A DNA stretch of 64,000 nucleotides. It comes from Gemmatimonadales bacterium UBA2982 (GTDB taxonomy: Bacteria > Gemmatimonadota > Gemmatimonadetes > Longimicrobiales > Gaopeijiaceae). The notes under the pieces were generated by a model, which was not told the DNA's origin, ran no database searches, and saw only the letters and a list, made by a program, of their open reading frames with translations. The DNA lies in contig DEAM01000027.1 in NCBI GenBank assembly GCA_002347035.1, positions 23,881 through 87,880 on the forward strand, written 5' to 3'. Within the stretch, counting starts at the first letter, position 1. Each line of letters begins with the position of its first letter. A program made the translations under genes and the position numbers. Positions 26,226-34,543 of the stretch are shown one piece after another.

Positions 26226-27614
26226 ATGGAAGAGCAGCGGGCCCACTGGAGTTCCAGCACCGGCTTCGTCCTCGCAGCAACGGGTAGTGCAATCGGCCTA
26301 GGCAACCTCTGGAAATTCCCCTTCATCACCTGGGAAAACAACGGGGGAGCCTTCGTCCTCGTCTATCTGCTCTGTATCGCTGCCGTCGGTCTCCCAATCA
26401 TGATGGCAGAGCTGCTTATCGGCCGAAAGACGCAGAAAAGCGTAGTGGGCGCTCTAAAAGAGGCCGTTGGCCCAGCGTGGGGAATCGTAGGCCTCTGGGG
26501 AGTGCTGTGCGGCTTCATACTCCTTAGCTACTACACAGTCATTGCAGGCTGGTCACTCTTCTACTTTACACAGACGGCTGGCTGGACTCTGGGCGGTGTA
26601 CCCGAAGGACTCGCTATTGGGGATCTCTTCGGTCAGCAAGTTGCAAATAGCCCACTGCAATTCGGACTTTCCCTGCTGTTTAGCGTGGCCACTGTGTCGG
26701 TTGTGTACTTCGGCGTGCAGAGGGGCATCGAGCGCATTGCCCGACTCTTCCTCCCGGTACTTTTTGGTATTTTAGTGCTCCTTCTCGTAAGCGCTCTCGG
26801 TATGAGCGGATCAGGTGAAGCACTAGCCTTCATCTTCCGTCCCAGCTTTTCAGAGCTTGAGCCGGAAGGCGTTTTAGAGGCTCTCGGCCACTCATTTTTC
26901 ACCCTTTCGCTTGGTATGGGAGCGATGGTGACATACGGCTCCTACATCAGCAGGAGCCAATCAATCGTAAAAGCCTCGGCGATGATCGTCTTGCTTGATA
27001 CAGTTATTGCCCTAATAGCAAGCATAATCATGTTCTCGGTCATCTTCTCAGTCGCGGGGATGGCTGAACAGGTAGGAGGGTCCACGGTGGGCATGCTCTT
27101 CATATCGTTACCTGAGCTCTTCTACAACGAAGTGCCGTTCGGCACGGTGCTAGGCCCACTTTTCTATGTTCTAGTCGCACTAGCTGCCCTCACGTCGACC
27201 ATGTCCCTACTGGAAGTCGTGACGAGCTATGTGATCGATGAGCATGGTGTCCAACGTCAAATAGCTACAATCGCATGCGGAGCCACTGTCTTTATATTCA
27301 CGATCTTCGCAGCAATTTCTTTCGGCAATGTTCCGTTCTTCTCTACCCTAGCTCTCTTCGATGGAAAGACGGGTTGGTTCGAAACTGCCGATCACTTTGT
27401 GTCAAATTGGATGCTGCCCACTGGCGGCCTTGCTGTGACACTCGCAGCTGGTTGGTTCATGACTAGACAATCGACGGAGTCCGAACTCGTAGACGGCACG
27501 GAGCCGCGTTGGTTCAGGTACGGGGCCTGGCGTCTTTTCATCCGCTTCGTAGCACCTCTAGCCGTTACCGCAATCATCGTCGCGGTATTCTTTTTTGGTG
27601 CGGACTTCAGCTGA
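26226..27614 (+). CDS. neurotransmitter:sodium symporter (NSS/SNF) family transporter
   Basis: Signature GSAIGLGNLWKFPFITWENNGGAFVLVY at the N-terminus. About 12 TM segments. Confidence 0.9.
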   Translation: MEEQRAHWSSSTGFVLAATGSAIGLGNLWKFPFITWENNGGAFVLVYLLCIAAVGLPIMMAELLIGRKTQKSVVGALKEAVGPAWGIVGLWGVLCGFILLSYYTVIAGWSLFYFTQTAGWTLGGVPEGLAIGDLFGQQVANSPLQFGLSLLFSVATVSVVYFGVQRGIERIARLFLPVLFGILVLLLVSALGMSGSGEALAFIFRPSFSELEPEGVLEALGHSFFTLSLGMGAMVTYGSYISRSQSIVKASAMIVLLDTVIALIASIIMFSVIFSVAGMAEQVGGSTVGMLFISLPELFYNEVPFGTVLGPLFYVLVALAALTSTMSLLEVVTSYVIDEHGVQRQIATIACGATVFIFTIFAAISFGNVPFFSTLALFDGKTGWFETADHFVSNWMLPTGGLAVTLAAGWFMTRQSTESELVDGTEPRWFRYGAWRLFIRFVAPLAVTAIIVAVFFFGADFS

Positions 27615-29994
27615 CCCGTCGGTTCGGAGATGTCACCGTCAAGCTGACCCGGTAAGACTCTCTCGAAGATCTGGGTTTGGTACGTCGTTTTTTATATTTG
27701 CGACTGCCCTTGCTGTCGGGCCTCAAGCAGCAGCACAAGTGAATTCAGGTCGTTTGCTGAATGAAGGAACATCTCAAGACACCCTACTGCCCACGGAATC
27801 CTTCGGTCTTCTTCCGAATCGACCTCGAGTCACCCCTACAAGGACAGACACAGCACCTGTCATCGATGGCGTCCTGGACGACGAGGTATGGATCACTGCC
27901 GCTCATATCACCGAATTCACCCAGCAGCAGCCACTCGATGGAGCCCCCGCCACTGAGGCGACGGAGGTCTACATCGCCTACGATTCTGACCATATCTACT
28001 TCGGGTTCCACGCCCACTACGAGGACCCCTCGATCATGCGATCGAACCTTGGTGAGCGAGACCGAATGTGGTCAGATGATCTCATGACAGTCTATTTCGA
28101 CACCTTCTTAGACCAACAAAGAGGTTATGACTTTGACGTAAACGGACATGGTGTGCAGGGGGATGGCATTATCTCCGCAGGTGGCGGGAGTGGCAGAGGC
28201 GGGCCGAGTTCTGATCCTATTCCACGGGCTGATCGTTCTTGGAATGCCCTCTTCGAAACGGGTGGCCAGATTGTGGAAGATGGTTTCACTGCTGAAATGG
28301 CAATTCCATTCAAGAGCCTACGTTACCCTCAACCAGCTGAGGGCGAGCCCCATCGATGGGGCTTCCAGATTGTCCGCGAGGTGAAGGGTAGGGACCAAGA
28401 GAACCAGGTCTGGGCACCTATGACTCGCGACGAGACTAGCTTCTTCGCCCAGATGGGGCTGCTCGAAGGGCTCACCGAACTTTCTACCAGCCGCAATCTC
28501 GAGGTCCTTCCGACTTTCACGACAATTAGATACGGCGAGATCAATCCCAGCCTTCCGGGGGGGCCAGCCTTCGATAACCAAGGCGCAAATCGGGATGCCG
28601 GAGTAAACCTTAAGTACGGGATAACATCGAACATCATCGCTGACTTCACTGTCAATCCAGACTTCTCACAGATTGAGTCGGACCTACCTCAGATCGAAGT
28701 CAACCAAAGAGACCCCCTATTTTTCTCTGAGCTGCGGCCCTTTTTCGTAGAGGGTGCTGAGATCTTCAGCATTATTGCACCGGTCACGCTCGTGCATACC
28801 CGAACGATTGTCGATCCCGACTATGGAGCGAAGATATCAGGGCAGATAGGCGCATTTTCAGCAGGTGTGCTTGCAGCTAACGACCGGGCACCTGGCAAAA
28901 TGGATAACTCTAGTGATCCGGCATTCGACCAACGGGCACAAACGTTCATCGGTCGATTACGCTATGACCTCTGGGGCGAGTCGAATGTTGGGGCAATATT
29001 CACTGACAGGGCATTTTTGGATGGCCACAGCCGCGTTGGTGGCCTGAGCAGCTACTTCCGGGTCAGTCCGACAATCATCGGTGATCTAACCTCTGTTCGA
29101 TCCTGGAACAAAGAGCCTGGACTAGAGCAACGACAAGGGCACATGACATCCACACGCGTTGCCCAAACCGGCCGCAATCTCGGATGGACTTTATTTGGAT
29201 ACCAGATATCTCCCGACTTTCAAACCCAGGTTGGATTCGTCCGACGGCGCGATCAACGCAACATAGGCTCAACCGCGTCCTATCGATTCTGGCCTGAGAG
29301 CTGGGTGATCAACTGGGGACCTAGCGTCAGCTACCGTCGAAACTACGACTTCGCTGGCATCCTCCAAGATGAAAGCAGAAGCCTCCGGATGAACGTGCAA
29401 TTTGCACGCAATATCAACCTTAACGGTAACTACAACTGGAACTTAGAACGTTGGCAGGGAATCGATTTTCTGCGGCAGGGTTTTTCTTTAGGCGGCAATG
29501 TAAATATGAGCCGCAGTTATTCCTTTGGTGGAAACTTCTCAAGGGGAGAGCAAATCTTCTATTCAGCCCCACTTCTTGGGCGCCAGGTCAACTGGAGCGT
29601 CAACGGGACCGTGCGACCGACCGACGCTTGGGAAACAAGCCTCAGTCTTCAATCCCGCAAACTCAGAAATCCAACCGATAACAATAGAGAGCTCTTTTCC
29701 GTCAATATCGTTCGAGCACAAACGTATTTTCAATTTACAGAGCGGCTTGGCCTGAGAAATATCACCGAGTTCAATACTGCGGATGAGACGTTTGATCTCA
29801 ACATACTTTTGAATTACCGGGTAAATGCTGGCACGGTGCTGTACCTGGGGTACGACGACCACTATCAACAAGCTGACCTTATCGAGGGGGACATCGATGA
29901 CGACGGCTTTCTCGAACAACTCTACTACACTCAAGGGCTCAAGCGAACAAACCGCGCAATATTCGCCAAATTCCAGTACCTGCTGCGCTACTAA
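27595..29994 (+). CDS. CBM9-like + DUF5916 domain outer-membrane beta-barrel protein (paralogue 1)
   Basis: 799 aa. Signal-like FGTSFFIFATALAVGPQAAAQ. N-terminal module PVIDGVLDDEVW...YIAYDSDHIYFGF (CBM9/DOMON-like). Long beta-rich region ending ...FAKFQYLLRY (aromatic C-terminus). The only in-frame starts (TTG 27595, GTG 27598) overlap the NSS gene end. Confidence 0.8.
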   Translation: MVRTSADPSVRRCHRQADPVRLSRRSGFGTSFFIFATALAVGPQAAAQVNSGRLLNEGTSQDTLLPTESFGLLPNRPRVTPTRTDTAPVIDGVLDDEVWITAAHITEFTQQQPLDGAPATEATEVYIAYDSDHIYFGFHAHYEDPSIMRSNLGERDRMWSDDLMTVYFDTFLDQQRGYDFDVNGHGVQGDGIISAGGGSGRGGPSSDPIPRADRSWNALFETGGQIVEDGFTAEMAIPFKSLRYPQPAEGEPHRWGFQIVREVKGRDQENQVWAPMTRDETSFFAQMGLLEGLTELSTSRNLEVLPTFTTIRYGEINPSLPGGPAFDNQGANRDAGVNLKYGITSNIIADFTVNPDFSQIESDLPQIEVNQRDPLFFSELRPFFVEGAEIFSIIAPVTLVHTRTIVDPDYGAKISGQIGAFSAGVLAANDRAPGKMDNSSDPAFDQRAQTFIGRLRYDLWGESNVGAIFTDRAFLDGHSRVGGLSSYFRVSPTIIGDLTSVRSWNKEPGLEQRQGHMTSTRVAQTGRNLGWTLFGYQISPDFQTQVGFVRRRDQRNIGSTASYRFWPESWVINWGPSVSYRRNYDFAGILQDESRSLRMNVQFARNINLNGNYNWNLERWQGIDFLRQGFSLGGNVNMSRSYSFGGNFSRGEQIFYSAPLLGRQVNWSVNGTVRPTDAWETSLSLQSRKLRNPTDNNRELFSVNIVRAQTYFQFTERLGLRNITEFNTADETFDLNILLNYRVNAGTVLYLGYDDHYQQADLIEGDIDDDGFLEQLYYTQGLKRTNRAIFAKFQYLLRY

Positions 29995-30014
29995 CACCTT
30001 AATCGCCTCATAGA

Positions 30015-30050
30015 ATATCACCCTGCAATTAGGCAACCTTGGGGTGATAT
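30015..30050 (+). terminator. hairpin between the two DUF5916 paralogues
   Basis: ATATCACCC (30015-30023) / GGGTGATAT (30042-30050) with an 18-nt loop, 21 nt past the stop at 29994. No U-tract. Confidence 0.3.
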
Positions 30051-30215
30051 GGAATTGAGAATGAAAGATTCCTACTCCAAGTCACCCTATTCGCATTAGC
30101 TTAGGGTCGCACATTACCCACCCCTTGATCGCATTCGCGATTTTTCCCAATCCCTCTGAACACAGACGACATCCTGAAACCGTTAAATATCATTGCGCCA
30201 GCTTCCCTGCTGGGC

Positions 30216-32489
30216 TTGCTATTAATTTGCGAACACTCAGCCTTGGAGGCGCAGACCGGTGGGAGTGCAAGCATTGCTAGCCAACCGAATCCTGAGAGCT
30301 TCGGACTATTAGAAGGCCGGCCGCGCGTCACTCCCACACGCACTACTAACCCACCCGTAATTGATGGCATCCTCGACGACGAAGTATGGCTGACAGCAGC
30401 CCACCTTACTGAGTTTACCCAGCAGTCACCTCTGGATGGGGCACCTGCCACAGAAGATACGGACGTTTACATCGCCTACGACTCAGACAACATCTATTTC
30501 GGCTTCTACGCGCACTACGAAGACCCCTCGATCATGCGGGCAAACCGAGTGGAAAGGGATCGTGCGTCGATGGATGATCTGATGACGATCTACTTCGACA
30601 CCTTTCTCGATCAACAGCGCGGATACGACTTCGATGTTAACGGCTATGGCGTGCAAGGTGATGGAGTCATGACCGTCACGGGCGGGAGAGGAGGAAGAAA
30701 TAGCGGGCGTCCGGCAGCGGCCATTCCGTTTGCAGATCGTTCCTGGGACGCACTTTTCGATACGGGCGCTCAAATCGTAGAGGACGGCTACACAGCCGAG
30801 ATGGCCATTCCCTTTAAAAGTTTGCGCTACCCGACTCCTCCTGAAGGAGAGCCGCACCGTTGGGGTTTTCAGATCGTACGCGAGGTAAAGAGTAAGAACG
30901 AGGAAAACCAAGTTTGGGCACCGATGTCACGCGACGAGGCAAGCTTTTTCGCTCAAATGGGTTTGATCGAAGGCATGATCGACCTTTCCACAAGCCGCAA
31001 CATCGAGATCTTACCGACTTTCACGACGATCCAATATGGAGAGCTCGATACCACACAACCCATATTTACAAACCAAAACCCTGACCCGGATGCGGGCGTC
31101 AATCTAAAGTACGGACTCACATCCAATCTGACAGCCGACTTCACTGTCAATCCTGACTTTTCCCAGATCGAATCCGACCGGCCGCAGATCGAAGTGAACC
31201 AGCGGTACCCACTTTTCTTCAGCGAATTGCGCCCGTTCTTCGTTGAAGGTTCCGAGATTTTCAATGTGACTGCTCCCGTCACTCTGGTGCACACTCGCAC
31301 GATGGTCGACCCCGACTACGGAGCGAAACTCACCGGCCAGGTAGGACGTTTCACTCTCGGCGCGCTCGGTGCGAATGATCGAGCACCTGGCCGAGTGGAT
31401 GACCAGACCAGCTCGGCGTTCGGACAGACAGCGAAAACATTCATCGGTCGGGCAAAGTTCGACCTGTACTCCGAGTCCCATATCGGAGCTATGGTCACCG
31501 ACCGTGAGTTTCTCGACGGCTATAGCCGGCTGGCAGGCCTCGACAGCAATTTCCGACTTGGGTCAGTGACAAGATTGGCGGTCAACGCGTTCGGAACCAA
31601 CCGGCAACAACCTGGAAGCTCCGAGGACACTGGCAATTTCCTAGGTACGTTCCTCAGCTCAAGCGGCCGCAACCTGAACGCATCCGTTTTAGCATATCAA
31701 ATCTCGCCTGATTTCCATACCGACGTCGGATTCGTCAGACGCCGTGACCAACGGAATACTCAGGCAAATATTGGCTACCGGTTTTGGCCAGAAGGCCAGT
31801 TGATCAACTGGGGTCCTTCGGTTAGTTACGGCCGCAACTATGATTTTGATGGAATCCTACAAGATGAGACGAAGAGCGCTCGGATGAGCTTCTCATTCGC
31901 CCGTAGCATAAGCCTGTACGGAAATGTCAATTACGACATGGAGCGCTGGAGTCAGATCGACTTTCAAAAGTCGCGCTTCGGGATCGGAGGCAGGGCTAAC
32001 CCGAGCCGCAGTTACTCATTCGGTGGCAACTTCTCAGTAGGCAATGAGATCTTCTACTCAGAGGCGTTCCTCGGGCACCAGGTTAACTGGAGTGTTAACG
32101 GTTCCGTGCGTCCTACCGATGCGTTGCAGACCAACCTCAACTTCAGTCACCGACGGTTCACGGATCCAACGAATAACGACGAAGTTAAGTTCGACGTCAA
32201 AATCATCCGCGCGCAGAGTACGTTCCAGTTCACGGATCGACTCGGGCTTCGAAATATCACGGAATGGAACACCGAGGACCGGACGTTCGACTTCAATATG
32301 CTGTTCAATTACACGGTTAACGCCGGAACCGTGTTTTATGTTGGATATGATGACCACTACCAGCAGGGCGACTTGCTTAGGGGTGATACCAACAGTGACG
32401 GCTTCCTTGAGCAGCTCTATTGGACGAAGCAGTTACAGCGCACAAACCGGGCGATCTTCATGAAGTTCCAGTACCTGTTCCGGTACTAA
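30216..32489 (+). CDS. CBM9-like + DUF5916 domain outer-membrane beta-barrel protein (paralogue 2)
   Basis: Collinear with paralogue 1 over the full length, roughly two-thirds identical by eye. Ends ...FMKFQYLFRY. The ORF-track TTG 30216 truncates the signal peptide; the frame is open from 30129 (see finding). Confidence 0.8.
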   Translation: MLLICEHSALEAQTGGSASIASQPNPESFGLLEGRPRVTPTRTTNPPVIDGILDDEVWLTAAHLTEFTQQSPLDGAPATEDTDVYIAYDSDNIYFGFYAHYEDPSIMRANRVERDRASMDDLMTIYFDTFLDQQRGYDFDVNGYGVQGDGVMTVTGGRGGRNSGRPAAAIPFADRSWDALFDTGAQIVEDGYTAEMAIPFKSLRYPTPPEGEPHRWGFQIVREVKSKNEENQVWAPMSRDEASFFAQMGLIEGMIDLSTSRNIEILPTFTTIQYGELDTTQPIFTNQNPDPDAGVNLKYGLTSNLTADFTVNPDFSQIESDRPQIEVNQRYPLFFSELRPFFVEGSEIFNVTAPVTLVHTRTMVDPDYGAKLTGQVGRFTLGALGANDRAPGRVDDQTSSAFGQTAKTFIGRAKFDLYSESHIGAMVTDREFLDGYSRLAGLDSNFRLGSVTRLAVNAFGTNRQQPGSSEDTGNFLGTFLSSSGRNLNASVLAYQISPDFHTDVGFVRRRDQRNTQANIGYRFWPEGQLINWGPSVSYGRNYDFDGILQDETKSARMSFSFARSISLYGNVNYDMERWSQIDFQKSRFGIGGRANPSRSYSFGGNFSVGNEIFYSEAFLGHQVNWSVNGSVRPTDALQTNLNFSHRRFTDPTNNDEVKFDVKIIRAQSTFQFTDRLGLRNITEWNTEDRTFDFNMLFNYTVNAGTVFYVGYDDHYQQGDLLRGDTNSDGFLEQLYWTKQLQRTNRAIFMKFQYLFRY

Positions 32490-32571
32490 CTCAGCTTTTC
32501 GCTCGCACGCCGTCGACCTACATCGTAGTATGGGTAACTGCTCATAGGCTGCTGCTTTAGGACAAAGTGGC

Positions 32572-33870
32572 ATGGTACTAAATGGGGGGATCCGAGTGTT
32601 TCCTAGGATTGCGCCAGCTTTTCTTGCCACCGTTGGCCTTTCTCTCTTTAGTTTTGGAACAACCCCAGTCTGGGGACAATTCCCAACTGTAACGCCCGAA
32701 GAAGTCGGGCTCTCTTCTGAGCGGTTAGCACGTGTAAGCGAAGCCTTTGAAGGCTACGCTGATGATGGCCGTATCGCGGGCGCAGTTGGTCTGGTTGCTA
32801 GACATGGAAAGCTCGCGTGGGCAAAAGCTTGGGGTATGCGAGACCTCGCGGCAGGTGATCCGATGGAAATAGACGACATCTTTCGCATCTTCTCCATGAC
32901 CAAACCAATCACCAGTGTAGCGGTGATGATGCTCTGGGAAGAAGGTCACTTCCGGCTCGATGACCGTATTGGACGCTACCTTCCCGAACTCGGCAATATG
33001 GTAGTGGCGGACCTTGAGAGATCGACCAGTCCAGATGGCATCGTGACAGTGCCTGCCGAACGCCAGATTACAATCCGCGACCTCCTTCGGCACACGTCGG
33101 GTCTAAGTTATGGCCTTACATTTGGACGTACGGCTGCCGACCAGGCGTTCGCCCGCGCCAATCCAACTGGCCAAACGACATTAGCAGAAATGGTGACCGA
33201 GCTGGGAAAGCTTCCTCTCGCTCAGCAGCCCGGAACCGGTTGGCGCTATAGTGCAGCTACCGATGTCTTAGGTCGACTCGTCGAAGTCATTTCCGGACAG
33301 GCATTCGATGTCTTTCTACATGAACGTATTTTCGAGCCACTGAGCATGGATGACACGGCATTCTTTGTGCCGGACTCTAAACGGGACCGTTTTACACAAC
33401 TCTATGGGCATTCGCGGAGTGATCGGGCACTTGAGCTGCGTGGAGGCTCAGGTGACTACAGTCCTGCGGATACATTTTTTTCCGGCGGTAGTGGGTTGGT
33501 CTCGACCGCCCAGGATTATGCCCGACTCGCCCAGATGCTACTGAACGGAGGCCACTTGGACGGAGCTCAGATTCTTGGGCGGAAGACAATCGAACTGATG
33601 ACAACCGACCATCTTGGAGATGACGGAGCAAGCTTCCTCCAGGCAGGCTGGGGGTTTGGACTCGGGTTCACGATGAAGAATCAACCAGCCCTTGATGGCA
33701 ACTCTGACTCGGTGGGAAACTATTTTTGGATGGGCATTGCAGGGACCTCCTTCTGGGTGGATCCTGAAGAAGACCTGATTGGAGTCTTCATGATCCAGAT
33801 CCGTCCAAACCGAGACATCGGATTCCGGCAGCAGTTCAAGCGCCTTGTCTACCAGGCAGTGGTAAGCTGA
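32572..33870 (+). CDS. secreted serine hydrolase, class C beta-lactamase/esterase fold
   Basis: Signal peptide. SxxK motif FSMTKPITS, a Tyr motif region (WRYSAATD), and a C-terminal region typical of the beta-lactamase-related family. Confidence 0.85.
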   Translation: MVLNGGIRVFPRIAPAFLATVGLSLFSFGTTPVWGQFPTVTPEEVGLSSERLARVSEAFEGYADDGRIAGAVGLVARHGKLAWAKAWGMRDLAAGDPMEIDDIFRIFSMTKPITSVAVMMLWEEGHFRLDDRIGRYLPELGNMVVADLERSTSPDGIVTVPAERQITIRDLLRHTSGLSYGLTFGRTAADQAFARANPTGQTTLAEMVTELGKLPLAQQPGTGWRYSAATDVLGRLVEVISGQAFDVFLHERIFEPLSMDDTAFFVPDSKRDRFTQLYGHSRSDRALELRGGSGDYSPADTFFSGGSGLVSTAQDYARLAQMLLNGGHLDGAQILGRKTIELMTTDHLGDDGASFLQAGWGFGLGFTMKNQPALDGNSDSVGNYFWMGIAGTSFWVDPEEDLIGVFMIQIRPNRDIGFRQQFKRLVYQAVVS

Positions 33871-33957
33871 CCTCCTTTTGGAGTCTCTGACAGAACCAGA
33901 GGCAGCCCTAGTTTCTCGAATGTCTCCCCCTAAACAAAGGAAACTTGAAGACCGGCA

Positions 33958-34467
33958 TCAGGCTCCGCCGGGGTCGACACGCACAATCGTATAAACGAGT
34001 GATCCCGGGATCTCCGAAAAGTAGTGCGGAGTTCCTGCGGGAATGATGATCATGTCACCTTCGACAACCTGCCTGGTCACGGCACCTTCCATACCTGTTC
34101 CGGTCACACTCGGCCCTGATGTCCCCCGTCGACGAGCTGTCCCCCCACCCCCACGCGGTCGCGGATCAATCAGTTGCCCACCAGTGACGATCGTGCCGGA
34201 ACCTTCAAGGATCGTGTAAACCTCGGTAACCTCCGTATGAATCGTGCCACCGACCACGTTCTCTGCAGGACCGCGCGAGACTATCGCCACACTGACATCA
34301 TAAGCACCCACGTCGATAGTCCGGATTGGCGTATCGATGATGCCCGGCGCAATCTCTGCCGTTGTCTCTAGAGTGTTTTCAATATCGGCGGCCGTCACAT
34401 CGACCGCCGGAATTGGACTTAAGCCTACCTGCGCAAGAACAACCAGAGCTCCAAGGGTATTCGCCAC
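33958..34467 (-). CDS. secreted cupin-domain protein
   Basis: Short signal-like N-terminus. Cupin strands (TIHTEVTEVYTILEGSGTIVTGG ... GDMIIIPAGTPHYF) interrupted by a Gly/Arg-rich loop. Confidence 0.7.
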   Translation of the reverse strand: MANTLGALVVLAQVGLSPIPAVDVTAADIENTLETTAEIAPGIIDTPIRTIDVGAYDVSVAIVSRGPAENVVGGTIHTEVTEVYTILEGSGTIVTGGQLIDPRPRGGGGTARRRGTSGPSVTGTGMEGAVTRQVVEGDMIIIPAGTPHYFSEIPGSLVYTIVRVDPGGA

Positions 34468-34543
34468 AGATCCCTCCCCTTTTCAGTCGACCTTTAGGTA
34501 TCACGCGCCACTTCACTTGATCGTATGAGACCTGACGCTTGGT

